Assembly: GCA_965203325.1 (NCBI GenBank)
Contig: OZ241875.1
Location: forward strand, 4,096,001-4,160,000
Length of the DNA stretch: 64,000 nucleotides
Direction: 5' to 3'
From: a bacterium
GTDB taxonomy: Bacteria > UBA8248
Positions 1 through 15,228 of the stretch are shown here, piece by piece (the first letter of the stretch is position 1; every line of letters begins with the position of its first letter). The notes beneath the pieces were generated by a model. The model searched no databases, was not told the DNA's origin, and saw nothing but the letters and a program-made list of their open reading frames with translations. Both the position numbers and the translations under genes were made by a program.

Positions 1-428
1 TGTCGGGGGCAGGATAAATGCTTGACTTTGAACGAGTTGTATGAGAGTGTTCCCGGTGAATCACCCCTCTCGCAATTTATCGAAAAACACCGTGAATTTA
101 TCTGATTTTATCGAATTTTTCAGTATTTCCAACCTGCTTTTCAGCGCCTGAAAACCATCCGCACCCTATCAAAATCGCTCTCGATATTCCAGTCGGATTT
201 CGAGGCCTCCGGGAGATAAAAAATCTTCTCCCCCCGGCTGGCGTCCGAGCGGGGGACGTGATAAGGAGGGGGCGGTAAAGTTTGCGCGAAGGCGCCACGG
301 AGGTTTTGCCCCAGAAATTCTTTCGGGGATGATTGGCGCAGGCACTCTTGAACACAACAGTGATTCCGTTTTTACTCATACACTCGGCGAACGTAATTTT
401 CGCATGACGAACTGAAGGGGAGCATTGA

Positions 429-1679
<1,251 letters not shown>

Positions 1680-1702
1680 CCACGAGGAGACGGGAGAGAA
1701 TC

Positions 1703-2632
1703 ATGGCGAGGCCAAAAATCACCATTGTGGGCGCTGGGAACGTGGGCGCCACGACGGCCCACTGGGCGGCGGCAAGGGAACTGGGCGACATTGTACTCAT
1801 CGACATCATCGAAGGCGTGCCCCAGGGCAAGGCGCTCGATCTGTATGAAGCGGCGCCCGTAGAGGGTTTCGATTGCCGCATCACGGGCACGAACGACTAC
1901 GCGGACACCAGGGACTCCGATATCGTCGTCGTTACGGCGGGCGTCGCCCGCAAGCCGGGTATGAGCCGCGACGATCTCATCAGTATCAACGCAGGGATCG
2001 TCGGCTCCGTGACGGACGAGGTCGTAAATCATTCGCCCGACTGCATCCTGATCATCGTCTCGAATCCGCTCGACGTAATGGTCACCAAGGCGCACATGCA
2101 GTGCAAATTCCCGCGCGAGCGCATCATGGGGATGGCCGGCGTGCTCGACAGCGCGCGCTTCCGGACGTTCATATCCATGGAGCTGGGTGTCTCGGTCGAG
2201 GACATCACGGCCACCGTGCTCGGCGGCCACGGGGACAGCATGGTCCCGCTGCCGAGGTACAGCACGGTCTCGGGCATTCCCATCACGGCGCTCATGGAGC
2301 CGGGTCGCATCGAAGAACTGGTGCAGAGAACGCGCGACGGCGGGGCGGAGATAGTGAATTACCTCAAAACCGGCAGCGCGTTCTACGCGCCCGGGGCTTC
2401 CATCGTGCAGATGGTGGAATCCATCCTGAAGGACAAGAAGCGGATTCTTCCCTGCGCGGCCCTGCTGGAGGGCGAATACGGCCAGGAGGGCATTTTCATG
2501 GGCGTTCCCGCAAAACTCGGCGCGGGCGGAATGGAACAGGTCGTGGAACTCGAACTGACGCCTGAAGAAAAAACGGCGTTCGATAATTCCGCCGATCACG
2601 TGCGCGAGTTGATAAAGACCCTCGAAACCTGA
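1703..2632 (+). CDS. mdh: Malate dehydrogenase (LDH-like)
   Basis: [42 protein letters not shown]. Confidence 0.96.
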   Translation: MARPKITIVGAGNVGATTAHWAAARELGDIVLIDIIEGVPQGKALDLYEAAPVEGFDCRITGTNDYADTRDSDIVVVTAGVARKPGMSRDDLISINAGIVGSVTDEVVNHSPDCILIIVSNPLDVMVTKAHMQCKFPRERIMGMAGVLDSARFRTFISMELGVSVEDITATVLGGHGDSMVPLPRYSTVSGIPITALMEPGRIEELVQRTRDGGAEIVNYLKTGSAFYAPGASIVQMVESILKDKKRILPCAALLEGEYGQEGIFMGVPAKLGAGGMEQVVELELTPEEKTAFDNSADHVRELIKTLET

Positions 2633-2672
2633 ACGCGTCGTTCATAGACGACCGGCAACGGACGGGCGGGCC

Positions 2673-3515
2673 ATGCGAACGATAGACGCAAGCGAGGTGA
2701 CGGCCAGGATTCGCGAGATGTCCATCGAGTCGAACTACCACGTCGACCCCGCCTACGTGCGCAAGGTGGAAGAGGCGAAGGCCGGTGAAACCTCATCCTT
2801 GGGCCTCATGGTGCTCGACCAGATCACCGAGAACGCGGCCCTCGCATCCGCCGAGCGCGTCCCTTATTGCCAGGACACGGGTGTTTCCATCGTCTTCGCC
2901 GAGGTGGGTCAGGATGTCCGCATCGAGGGCGGGTTGCTGGAGGATGCCATCAACGAGGGCATTCGCCGGGGCTACCGGGACGGCTACCTGCGCGGCTCGG
3001 TGGTGAACGACCCGCTCCGGCGCGTGAACACCAAAGACAACACGCCCGCTGTCATCCACTACCGCGTGGTCGAGGGCGATCGCCTGAAACTCTATTTCGC
3101 CGCGAAAGGAACGGGAGCGGAGAACATGAGCATGGCGTGCATGCTCAAACCCTCGGACGGCAGAGAGGGCGTCATCCGCACCATCGTCGATCACGTTTTC
3201 AATTCCGGGGGGAATCCCTGCCCGCCGGTTCTATTGGGAATCGGCCTGGGCGGCTCGATTGAAAAGGCGGCGCTTCAGGCGAAATGGGCGCTTTTCCGCG
3301 AACTGGGCGCGCCCAACCCCGACCCGCTCGTGGCCGAACTCGAAGGGGATATTCTGGAGGCGGTGAACAGGACCGGCGTGGGGCCGATGGGCATGGGCGG
3401 GGATACTACCTGCATCGCCGTGCACGTCGAGACCTACGCCTGCCACATCGGGGCGCTTCCGGTCTGCGTGAACGTGGAGTGCCACGCGCACCGCCACGCC
3501 GAGGTGGTACTCTAG
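2673..3515 (+). CDS. Fe-S hydro-lyase (class I fumarate hydratase/tartrate dehydratase type), alpha subunit
   Basis: CQDTG, NTKDNTPA, KGTGAENMS, NPCPP, CHIGALP..CHAHRH; lies within the TCA cluster. Confidence 0.9.
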   Translation: MRTIDASEVTARIREMSIESNYHVDPAYVRKVEEAKAGETSSLGLMVLDQITENAALASAERVPYCQDTGVSIVFAEVGQDVRIEGGLLEDAINEGIRRGYRDGYLRGSVVNDPLRRVNTKDNTPAVIHYRVVEGDRLKLYFAAKGTGAENMSMACMLKPSDGREGVIRTIVDHVFNSGGNPCPPVLLGIGLGGSIEKAALQAKWALFRELGAPNPDPLVAELEGDILEAVNRTGVGPMGMGGDTTCIAVHVETYACHIGALPVCVNVECHAHRHAEVVL

Positions 3516-3516
3516 G

Positions 3517-4062
3517 ATGCAGTCGATAGACTTACCCCTCGATTCTGAGGTTGTGGAATCCCTCTCGATGGGGGATATGTGCGAGTTGAGCGGTGTTCTC
3601 TACACGGCGCGTGACGCGGCCCACAAGCGGATGCTGGAGGACGCGGCGCGCGGAGAACCCCTGCCCATCGACGTGGCGGGCCAGGTGCTCTACTACGTGG
3701 GGCCGACGCCGCCCAAGCCGGGCGCCGTCATCGGCTCGGCGGGACCGACGACGAGCGGCCGCATGGACGCCTATACGCCCAGGATGCTGGAACTGGGCCT
3801 CACCGGAATGATAGGCAAGGGGGGCAGGAGCCCTGCCGTCGTGGAGGCCATCGCCGAACACCGGGCGGTCTACTTCGCCGCCATCGGCGGAACGGCCGCC
3901 CTGCTGGCAAAGCGGATCAAGGAGGTCGAACTCATCGCCTATGAGGATTTGGGGACCGAGGCGATTCGAAGACTCGTGGTCGAGAAATTTCCGGTCGTGG
4001 TCGCGGTGGACAGCCGCGGGAAGGATATTTTCGCCGAAGGTTACAAGGAGTTTGCGAAGTAA
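3517..4062 (+). CDS. Fe-S hydro-lyase (class I fumarate hydratase type), beta subunit
   Basis: TARDAAHKR, GPTTSGRMD, MIGKG, EDLGTEAI; starts 1 nt after the alpha subunit. Confidence 0.9.
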   Translation: MQSIDLPLDSEVVESLSMGDMCELSGVLYTARDAAHKRMLEDAARGEPLPIDVAGQVLYYVGPTPPKPGAVIGSAGPTTSGRMDAYTPRMLELGLTGMIGKGGRSPAVVEAIAEHRAVYFAAIGGTAALLAKRIKEVELIAYEDLGTEAIRRLVVEKFPVVVAVDSRGKDIFAEGYKEFAK

Positions 4063-4104
4063 GGGGCGGGCAGGTGGAGCGGTTGCAGTAGAGTTGGATA
4101 TCCA

Positions 4105-4396
4105 GTAGGGACAGGCCCTTGTGCCTGTCCGCGTCGGGGCGAACACGAGGGACGGGCGGGCACGGGGGCCCGCCCCTACGGCATATGCGATGACTGGACG
4201 GGCCGGGGGTTCTGCAGGGGAACGCATACGGGGTTGCCTTTTGTAGGTAGCGCTCCCTTCTTGGGAGCGCTACAGATATGCGGCCCGTTCGCGGGGAGCG
4301 TGAAAAACCAGGGTCGCATGGATGTCGGACATATATGTCCGACCTACAAGACCTTTTGAATGGCGACTGTAGGGACAGGTCGCGACCTGTCCCTAC
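4105..4396. repeat. Cluster of GTAG-type REP-like palindromes
   Basis: GTAGGGACAGGCCCTTGTGCCTGTCC (4105-4130); inverted GGGCGGGCACGGGGGCCCGCCCCTAC (4154-4179); GTAGGTAGCGCTCCC..GGGAGCGCTAC (4243-4273); GTCGGACATATATGTCCGACCTAC (4324-4347); perfect 28-bp palindrome GTAGGGACAGGTCGCGACCTGTCCCTAC (4369-4396). Confidence 0.8.
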
Positions 4397-4452
4397 GGAT
4401 TCGAAGATTTAGCGTTGAAATGTATTCATCGCATTGATTCTGGAGGGGTTGG

Positions 4453-5613
4453 ATGAACATCCACGAGTATCAGGGCAAGGAATTGCTTGCGAAATACGGC
4501 GTGGCCGTCCCGAGGGGCGGAGTCGCCGAGACGGCGGAAGAGGCCGAGCGCATCGCCAAGGAACTGGGCGGGACGGTGGTCGTCAAGGCGCAAATCCACG
4601 CGGGCGGGCGAGGCAAGGGAGGCGGGGTCAAGCTGGCCGGATCGCCTGCGGAGGCGAAAGAGGCGGCCTCGCAGATTCTCGGCATGACGCTGGTGACGCA
4701 CCAGACGGGGCCGGAAGGCCGCCTCGTCAAGAAGGTTTGGGTGGAGGAGGCGAGCGACATCGAGCGCGAGCTGTATCTCGGCATCGTGCTCGACCGCGCC
4801 ACGGGCCGCCCCACCGTCATGGCGAGCACCGAGGGCGGGATGGACATCGAGGAGGTGGCCGCGAACACGCCCGAAAAACTCCTGAAGGTTCCCGTCGACC
4901 CGGCGCTCTCCGTCTGGCCCTCGACCGCGCGCCGCGTGGCCTACGGGCTGGATTTGCCCGCCGACCTCGTCCGCGAGGGGACGAAGTTCGTCACGAACCT
5001 CTACCGGTTCTACGACGAGATGGATGCCTCGCTGGTCGAGATCAATCCCCTGGTGCAGACGAAGGACGGCCGCATCCTGGCGCTCGACGCCAAGGTGAAC
5101 TTCGACGACAACGCGCTCTACCGCCACGAGGAGGTGGCCGCGATGCGCGATGAGGACGAAGAGGACCCGCTTGAGGTCGAGGCCTCCAAATTCAACCTCA
5201 ACTACATCAAGCTCGACGGCTCGGTGGCCTGCATGGTGAACGGCGCGGGCCTCGCCATGGCGACGATGGACATCATCAAGCTCGCGGGCGCTGCGCCCGC
5301 GAACTTCCTCGACGTGGGCGGCGGCGCGAGCAAGGAGATGGTGGAGAACGCCTTCCGCATCCTCATGGACGATCCGGACGTGAAGGCCGTCTTCATCAAC
5401 ATCTTCGGCGGCATCCTGCGCTGCGACATTCTGGCGGAGGGCGTCGTGGAGGCGGTCAAGACCGTGAACGTGAACGTCCCCATCATCATCCGCATGGAGG
5501 GGACGAACGTGGAGAAGGGCCGCGAGATTCTCGAAGGCTCGGGCCTCGATTTCACCGTGGGCAAAGGCATGGCCGATTCCGCCGAAAAGGTGGTAGCGGC
5601 CCTTAACCGCTAG
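4453..5613 (+). CDS. sucC: Succinyl-CoA synthetase beta subunit
   Basis: [51 protein letters not shown]. Confidence 0.97.
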   Translation: MNIHEYQGKELLAKYGVAVPRGGVAETAEEAERIAKELGGTVVVKAQIHAGGRGKGGGVKLAGSPAEAKEAASQILGMTLVTHQTGPEGRLVKKVWVEEASDIERELYLGIVLDRATGRPTVMASTEGGMDIEEVAANTPEKLLKVPVDPALSVWPSTARRVAYGLDLPADLVREGTKFVTNLYRFYDEMDASLVEINPLVQTKDGRILALDAKVNFDDNALYRHEEVAAMRDEDEEDPLEVEASKFNLNYIKLDGSVACMVNGAGLAMATMDIIKLAGAAPANFLDVGGGASKEMVENAFRILMDDPDVKAVFINIFGGILRCDILAEGVVEAVKTVNVNVPIIIRMEGTNVEKGREILEGSGLDFTVGKGMADSAEKVVAALNR

Positions 5614-5624
5614 GGGGTCTGGTT

Positions 5625-6521
5625 TTGAGTATTCTGGTTGACAAGGAGACGCGCATCCTCGTGCAGGGCATCACCGGGCGCGAGGGAGGCTTTCACGCCG
5701 GGCAGTGTCAAAAATACAGCCGTGAGTTCGCGGGCGGCGGCGGCGCGGTGGTGGCCGGCGTGACGCCCGGCAAGGGCGGACAGGAGGCGGACGGGGTGCC
5801 CGTGTTCAACACGGTGGCCGATGCGGCCCGCGAGACGGGCGCGAACGCCTCGCTCATCTTCGTGCCGCCCCCATTCGCGGCGGACGCCGTCGTCGAGTCC
5901 GTGGACGCCGGGCTCCCCCTCGTGGTGTGCATCACCGAGGGCATCCCGGTGCGCGACATGGTGTACGTGAAGCGGCACATGGAAGACAGCGGCGCGGTGC
6001 TTATCGGCCCCAACTGTCCGGGCGTCATCACGCCGGGCGGCTGCAAGATGGGCATCATGCCGGGCCACATTCACAAGGAAGGCACCATCGGCGTCATCTC
6101 GAAAAGCGGCACGCTCACCTACGAGGTCGTCGCCCAGCTTACCGAGCAGGGCCTGGGCCAGACCACCTGCGTCGGCATCGGCGGCGACCCCATTATCGGC
6201 ACGATGTATATCGACCTCTTGCGCATGTTCGAGGACGACCCGAAAACCGAAGCCATCATCATGATCGGTGAGATCGGAGGCACCGCCGAGCAGGACGCGG
6301 CGCGCTGGGCGAAGGAGAACGTCACGAAGCCGCTCGTGGGCTTCATCGCGGGCCAGACGGCTCCTCCGGGCCGGCGGATGGGCCACGCGGGCGCGATTAT
6401 CTCGGGCGGCGAAGGCACCGCGGCCGAGAAGATGCGGGTCATGTCCGAATGCGGGATTCACGTCACCGAAAGCCCGGCCGAGATGGGCCTCACCATGGCC
6501 AAGGCGCTGGGCAAGGCATAA
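5625..6521 (+). CDS. sucD: Succinyl-CoA synthetase alpha subunit (TTG start)
   Basis: [30 protein letters not shown], phospho-His motif RMGHAGA. Confidence 0.97.
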   Translation: MSILVDKETRILVQGITGREGGFHAGQCQKYSREFAGGGGAVVAGVTPGKGGQEADGVPVFNTVADAARETGANASLIFVPPPFAADAVVESVDAGLPLVVCITEGIPVRDMVYVKRHMEDSGAVLIGPNCPGVITPGGCKMGIMPGHIHKEGTIGVISKSGTLTYEVVAQLTEQGLGQTTCVGIGGDPIIGTMYIDLLRMFEDDPKTEAIIMIGEIGGTAEQDAARWAKENVTKPLVGFIAGQTAPPGRRMGHAGAIISGGEGTAAEKMRVMSECGIHVTESPAEMGLTMAKALGKA

Positions 6522-6548
6522 CGTCACACACGGAAAGGGAAAGGACAC

Positions 6549-6971
6549 ATGGAACGCACGTTCGCGATGATTAAACCCGACGCCACAGCGCGCGGCTTAA
6601 GCGGCAGGATTCTCTCGCGCATCGAGGAGGAGGGTTTCGGGATTCTGGGCATGAGGCTAGTCCACATGTCGAAAGCGCAGGCCGAGGGTTTTTACGCCGT
6701 TCACAGGGAGCGCCCCTTCTTCGGCGATCTCACGACGTTCATGTCCTCAGGCCGTACGGTGGTGCTCGCCCTCGAGCGCGAGGACGCCATCAGGCACTGG
6801 CGCGACGTGATGGGCGCCACGAACCCCGCGGATGCCGAGCCGGGAACGATTCGCGCGGAATTCGGCGAGAGCATCGAGCGCAACTCCACGCACGGCTCCG
6901 ACGCGCCCGATACCGCCGCCTTTGAGCTGGGCTACTGGTTCCCGGGCGTGGAACTGCCCGCATCGGAATAA
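6549..6971 (+). CDS. ndk: Nucleoside diphosphate kinase
   Basis: [28 protein letters not shown]. Confidence 0.97.
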   Translation: MERTFAMIKPDATARGLSGRILSRIEEEGFGILGMRLVHMSKAQAEGFYAVHRERPFFGDLTTFMSSGRTVVLALEREDAIRHWRDVMGATNPADAEPGTIRAEFGESIERNSTHGSDAPDTAAFELGYWFPGVELPASE

Positions 6972-7007
6972 GTTTCTTGGACCAGAAATATCGGGAGATG
7001 TCATAAA

Positions 7008-7781
7008 ATGCGTTTGAAGGATAAAGTCGCCATCGTCACGGGGGCGGGGCAGGGGATCGGAAAAGTCATCGCGCACACGTTCGCGCGCGAGGGGGCGAAG
7101 GTCGTGCTCGCCGCGCGCTCGGTCGCGAATCTGGAGGCCACCGCCGCCGAGATGCCGGACGGCGCCTCTCTCGTCGTGCCTACGGACCTGACGGACGAAG
7201 CAGCGATAAAGGCGCTCGTCGAGAAGACGCTCGCCGAGTATGGGACCATCGACATCCTCGTGAACAACTCCGGCGTCGCCGGCCCCACGAAGGCGTGCGA
7301 GGACGTGACGCGCGAGGATTGGGAGGAGTGCTTCGACGTGAACGTCACGGGCACGTTCCTGATGACCAAGCACGTCATCCCCACGATGAAGAAAAACAGA
7401 TACGGGCGCATCCTCAACATCAGTTCGATGAGCGGCAAGCGCCCCCTGCCGAACCGCACGCCCTATACGGCGTCCAAGATGGCGGTCATCGGCTTGACGC
7501 GCACCCTCGCGTTCGAACTCGGCGAATTCGGCGTCACGGTGAACGCGGTGTGCCCGGGAGCCACTTCGGGACCCAGGATCGACAGCGTCATCGAGAACAT
7601 GGCGCAGAGCTTCGGCACGACCTTCGAGGAGGCGAAGCAAACCTTCACCGCGCCAGCGGCGCTCAAGACGCTCGTCGACGCGGAGGATCACGCCGCCTTG
7701 TGCGTTTTCCTGGCTTCCGAGGAGGCCGCTCACATGACCGCCCAGGACATCAACGTGACGGGCGGGCTCATCTTTTACTAG
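7008..7781 (+). CDS. Short-chain dehydrogenase/reductase (SDR)
   Basis: TGAGQGIG, LVNNSG, catalytic YTASK, VNAVCPG. Confidence 0.92.
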   Translation: MRLKDKVAIVTGAGQGIGKVIAHTFAREGAKVVLAARSVANLEATAAEMPDGASLVVPTDLTDEAAIKALVEKTLAEYGTIDILVNNSGVAGPTKACEDVTREDWEECFDVNVTGTFLMTKHVIPTMKKNRYGRILNISSMSGKRPLPNRTPYTASKMAVIGLTRTLAFELGEFGVTVNAVCPGATSGPRIDSVIENMAQSFGTTFEEAKQTFTAPAALKTLVDAEDHAALCVFLASEEAAHMTAQDINVTGGLIFY

Positions 7782-7839
7782 CCCGCTCATCGCCTCGCAT
7801 TCGGGAGGCCCCGCGCGGAGGCGCGCGCCGGGAGAGCAC

Positions 7840-10704
<2,865 letters not shown>

Positions 10705-10715
10705 CCTCCTTGCCG

Positions 10716-11516
10716 ATGAACGCCGAAGACACCCGCTGCCTCGTTCTGTGGATTGAATACGAGGGCACGAATTTTCACGGCTGGCAGACCCAGCCCGGCC
10801 AGAGAACCGTCCAGAGTGAAATCGAGGCCGCGCTTCTGAGGATGTGCGGGGAGCCGATACGGGTGGTCGGTTCGGGCCGCACCGACGCCGGCGTGCACGC
10901 ATGGGGGCAGGTGGCGCACTTTCACACGCGCTCTCGAATCGAACCCTACAAGGTGCGAATCGGTCTCAACACCATGATGGGCCGCGACGTCTCGATCTTC
11001 GACTGCCGGGAAGCCGTGGACGGTTTTCACGCCCAGTTCGACGCCGTTCGCAAGACCTACCGCTACCGCATCCTGAACCGCCGCTCGCCGAGCGCCATTC
11101 GCCATCGATACACCTGGCACGTGCGAAAGCGCCTCGATGTCGAGGCGATGCGGCGGGCGGCGGCGATACTCGAGGGCGAGCATGATTTCGCCAGCTTCTG
11201 CCGGGAGAAGGGGAGGCCCGAGGACACCGTGCGCCGCCTGGAGCGCCTGGGCGTGGAGCGCGCGGGCGATGAGGTGGTCATCGAGGCGACGGCGGAGGGG
11301 TTTCTGCGCCACATGGTGAGAAACCTGGCCGGCGTCCTGGTGGAGGTGGGCCGCGGGGAGCGCGGGGCCGATTCCGTGCGGGAGGTGCTCGCGGGCAGAG
11401 ACAGGGCTCTGGCGGGCGTCAACGCCCCGCCACAGGGGCTGGCGCTGGTCAGCGTGGACTATGGCGAGAAGCTGCCGCCTGCGGCCGCTACGGGGCCCGA
11501 AGAAACCGACGCTTGA
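10716..11516 (+). CDS. truA: tRNA pseudouridine(38-40) synthase
   Basis: YEGTNFHGWQ, SGRTDAGVHA, GEHDFASF, FLRHMVR; alternative TTG start at 10710. Confidence 0.95.
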   Translation: MNAEDTRCLVLWIEYEGTNFHGWQTQPGQRTVQSEIEAALLRMCGEPIRVVGSGRTDAGVHAWGQVAHFHTRSRIEPYKVRIGLNTMMGRDVSIFDCREAVDGFHAQFDAVRKTYRYRILNRRSPSAIRHRYTWHVRKRLDVEAMRRAAAILEGEHDFASFCREKGRPEDTVRRLERLGVERAGDEVVIEATAEGFLRHMVRNLAGVLVEVGRGERGADSVREVLAGRDRALAGVNAPPQGLALVSVDYGEKLPPAAATGPEETDA

Positions 11517-11581
11517 CCAAATTTCCAAAAATTGGGTATCTTCGATCCGGTTTCAGGTTTTTCTTGGTGAGGTAGCAGCGA

Positions 11582-11653
11582 ATGAGAGTTTATGAAAAAT
11601 TCAGGGAGGCTTGGCCCTGGCGATGCTCCGCCAAATCTGGAGGTGCGCCATAA
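11582..11653 (+). CDS. trpL: Putative trp operon leader peptide, MRVYEKFREAWPWRCSAKSGGAP (23 aa)
   Basis: Short ORF below the ORF-track cutoff; GAGGT RBS 8 nt upstream; W-P-W-R codons; immediately 5' of a terminator and trpE. Confidence 0.75.
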   Translation: MRVYEKFREAWPWRCSAKSGGAP

Positions 11654-11687
11654 GGGTTGTTGTCTGAATTTTTGCAAGTGAATCCCC

Positions 11688-11724
11688 AAGCCATGGCGGC
11701 CTGTTCGGTCCCGTGGCTTTTTTT
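11688..11724 (+). terminator. Attenuator terminator of the trp leader
   Basis: AAGCCATGG..CCGTGGCTT stem followed by a T run, between trpL and trpE. Confidence 0.8.
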
Positions 11725-11763
11725 GTATGGAGGATAGGCATCGGGCGTAAGACGATGCCTCGA

Positions 11764-13290
11764 ATGAAAATGGACCCGGAAAATCATTTGCCGGACAAAG
11801 AGACTTTTCTCCGCCTCTGCGAGCGGGGCAACATCATTCCGGTCTATCGCGAAATTCTTGCCGATCTCGATACGCCTGTGTCCGCCTACCTGAAAATCGC
11901 GGACGGCTCCCATTCGTTTCTGCTCGAAAGCGTCGAGGGCGGGGAGAAGTGGGCGAGATACACCTTTTTGGGAAGCGAGCCCTACCTCATCTTCGAGAGC
12001 AAGGGGAGGCAGGTGCGCATCACGCAGGAGGGGGAGATCGAAGAATTTAGCGTGGATGATCCCATCGACGCCCTCAGGCAGCTGATACAGCCCTACATCC
12101 CCGTCGACCTTCCCGGCCTGCCGAGGTTCTGGGGGGGCGCCATCGGCTACATGGGCTACGACGCGGTTCGCTTCATCGAGCGTTTGCCGGAAAAGGCGCA
12201 CGACGATCTCGAACTGCCCGAACTGCATTTCATGATCACGAAGTCCCTGGTCATCTTCGACAACGCGGCGCAGAAGATGTACGTCCTGGCCCATGCGCAC
12301 ATTCGAGACGACGGCGCAGAGGCCGCCTACGAGGATGCCTGCGCGCGCGTCGATGCGCTCATCGAAAAACTCAGGGGCCCTTCCGTCGCACCGCCCTATG
12401 CGCCGGAAGAACCGCCTCAGGCCGGCGGGAGCGGGCATCCCGTCGAGAACATGCCGGGCCTTTATTCGTCTTTCACGCGGGAGGGGTTCGAGCGGGCCGT
12501 CGCCGATACGGTGGAACTCATCCACGCGGGCGAAGCGATCCAGGTCGTGCTCTCACAACGCCTGGAAAGCGCTCTCGACGTGCATCCGTTCGCCATCTAC
12601 CGGGCGCTTCGGACCGTGAATCCCTCTCCCTACATGTTCTATCTGGAACTCGGCGACGTGACCCTCGTGGGCGCATCGCCCGAGGTGCTCGTGCGGCTCG
12701 AAGGGGAGCGGGTCGAGGTGCGCCCCATCGCGGGCACGCGCAGGCGGGGTATGGATGAAGCGGAAGATCGGGCGCTGGCGGATGAGCTTTTGGCTGATGA
12801 GAAGGAACGCGCCGAGCACATCATGCTTGTCGATCTGGGCCGCAACGACATCGGCCGCGTGTGCGAGCGCGGCACGGTGCGGGTCACCGAGCAGATGGTG
12901 ATCGAGCGCTACTCCCACGTCATGCACATCGTGAGCAACGTGGTCGGCGAACTGGCCGAGGGCAAGGATGCGTTCGACGTGCTCAGGGCGTCTTTTCCGG
13001 CGGGCACCGTCTCGGGCGCGCCCAAGGTGCGCGCGATGGAGATCATCGACGAGATGGAGCCGGTGCGCCGGGGCCCCTATTCGGGCGCGGTGGGCTATTT
13101 CGGCTTCGGCGGGAGCATGGACACCTGCATCGCCATCCGCACGCTCTACGCGCGCGGCGGCAGGCTCTACCTCCAGGTGGGGGCGGGCGTCGTGGCGGAC
13201 TCGAAACCCGGTTTCGAATACGAGGAAACCATCAACAAGGCCCGGGGCTCGCTGCGCGCGCTGGACGTGGCGCGCGGCGGCCTCCCCTAG
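11764..13290 (+). CDS. trpE: Anthranilate synthase component I
   Basis: FLLESVEGGE, NPSPYMFY, PIAGTRRRG, EHIMLVDLGRND, FPAGTVSGAPK; start uncertain (11755/11764/11770); the track's 11713 start lies inside the terminator. Confidence 0.94.
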   Translation: MKMDPENHLPDKETFLRLCERGNIIPVYREILADLDTPVSAYLKIADGSHSFLLESVEGGEKWARYTFLGSEPYLIFESKGRQVRITQEGEIEEFSVDDPIDALRQLIQPYIPVDLPGLPRFWGGAIGYMGYDAVRFIERLPEKAHDDLELPELHFMITKSLVIFDNAAQKMYVLAHAHIRDDGAEAAYEDACARVDALIEKLRGPSVAPPYAPEEPPQAGGSGHPVENMPGLYSSFTREGFERAVADTVELIHAGEAIQVVLSQRLESALDVHPFAIYRALRTVNPSPYMFYLELGDVTLVGASPEVLVRLEGERVEVRPIAGTRRRGMDEAEDRALADELLADEKERAEHIMLVDLGRNDIGRVCERGTVRVTEQMVIERYSHVMHIVSNVVGELAEGKDAFDVLRASFPAGTVSGAPKVRAMEIIDEMEPVRRGPYSGAVGYFGFGGSMDTCIAIRTLYARGGRLYLQVGAGVVADSKPGFEYEETINKARGSLRALDVARGGLP

Positions 13291-13305
13291 GGCGGAGAAT
13301 ACGAC

Positions 13306-13890
<585 letters not shown>

Positions 13891-14030
13891 GGGAATCCGC
13901 GCGGACGCGGTATGGTGGCCCCGAACCGGCGATAATCGCGCACATGATCCCGGGGCGGGCGTGCAGCGCCTTGGGCCGCCGAGTTGCGGGAGCAAGTGAG
14001 GACTCCACCACATTATAAGGATTTGCGCAC

Positions 14031-15041
14031 ATGATTCAGGAAGCCATCGGAAAGCTCGTGGAAGGCCGGCACTTGAGCGCGGATGAGGCGGAGAAGGTGA
14101 TGGACCTCATCATGACGGGCGAGGCCACCCCGGCCCAGATCGGCGCCTATCTGGTGGCGCTTCGCATGGCGGGGGAGACGCCCGAGGAAATCGCGGGCAG
14201 CGTCCGCTCCATGCGGGCGAAGGCGACGTGGGTGAAGACGAAACACCCCTTTGTCATCGACGTGGTGGGCACGGGCGGCGACGGCGCGCATACCTTCAAC
14301 ATCAGCACGAGCGCCGCCCTCGTCGTTGCGGCGGCGGGCCAGCCGGTGGCGAAACACGGCAACCGCGCGGTGTCGAGCAAATCGGGCGCCGCCGACGTCT
14401 TGAAGGCGCTGGGCGTGAACATCGAAGCCTCGCCCGAGAAGGTGGGCGAGTGCATCGACGAGGCGGGCGTGGGCTTTCTGTTCGCGCCCATGCTGCACGG
14501 CGCGATGAAGCACGCCATCGGCCCCAGGCGCGAGATCGCCATGCGCAGCATCTTCAACGTCATGGGGCCGCTCACGAACCCCGCCCGCGCCCAGAGCCAG
14601 TTGGTGGGCGTGTATGCGCCCGAACTCACCGAACTGGTGGCGGACGTGCTGCGCCAGGTGGGCTGCCAGAAGGCGCTGGTGGTGCACGGGTCGGACGGTA
14701 TGGACGAGTTGACGCTCACCGGCTCCTCGCGCGTCTCGGAGTGGGACGGGAGCGAAATCAGAACGTATGATGTAACGCCCGAGGACGCGGGGTTAGACCG
14801 CGCCGAGGCAGATGCCTTGAAGGGCGGTGAGCCTGCGGAGAACGCCGATATCACGCGCGCCATCCTTGGCGGTGAGAAAGGCCCAAAGCGCGACATCGTA
14901 CTCCTGAACGCCGCCGCAGCCCTCATCGCCGCGGAAAAGGCGGGAGATCTGAGAGAGGGCGTTGGGCAGGCGGCCTCGGCGATAGATTCTGGCGAGGCGG
15001 CCAAGGTGCTGGCGCGTCTCGTGGAGGTGTCCAACTCCTGA
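14031..15041 (+). CDS. trpD: Anthranilate phosphoribosyltransferase
   Basis: GTGGDG..TFNIST, KHGNRAVSSKSGAAD, DGMDE. Confidence 0.96.
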   Translation: MIQEAIGKLVEGRHLSADEAEKVMDLIMTGEATPAQIGAYLVALRMAGETPEEIAGSVRSMRAKATWVKTKHPFVIDVVGTGGDGAHTFNISTSAALVVAAAGQPVAKHGNRAVSSKSGAADVLKALGVNIEASPEKVGECIDEAGVGFLFAPMLHGAMKHAIGPRREIAMRSIFNVMGPLTNPARAQSQLVGVYAPELTELVADVLRQVGCQKALVVHGSDGMDELTLTGSSRVSEWDGSEIRTYDVTPEDAGLDRAEADALKGGEPAENADITRAILGGEKGPKRDIVLLNAAAALIAAEKAGDLREGVGQAASAIDSGEAAKVLARLVEVSNS

Positions 15042-15059
15042 GCAGGGTGGGAGCGGTTT

Positions 15060-15228
15060 GGGTTGTTGAAAAGGGCCCCCTGACAAGAGGGGGTGGTTTT
15101 GAGGGGTGAGGGTTTTGTAGGGGTCGCATACATGCGACCCGGCCTTTTTTCCGATCATGGGCCGCATATATGCGGCCCCTACACTGCAATTGGCAACCCG
15201 ACCCAAAAGAGACTTTTTCAACAAGCCC
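15060..15228. repeat. REP doublet inside imperfect inverted repeats (MITE/BIME-like)
   Basis: GTAGGGGTCGCATACATGCGACCC..GGGCCGCATATATGCGGCCCCTAC (15117-15182), flanked by GGGTTGTTGAAAAG (15060-15073) and CTTTTTCAACAAGCCC (15213-15228); near-identical doublet at 19865-19935. Confidence 0.75.

Noticed and set aside
1..428. ORF 98-520 or a riboswitch upstream of icd
   Set aside because: The ORF is not protein-like and overlaps icd; the one GC-rich hairpin near 228-257 matches no RNA family I recognise.
4105..4396. CRISPR array
   Set aside because: Palindromes differ in sequence and orientation with irregular spacing, and there are no cas genes; this fits REPs.
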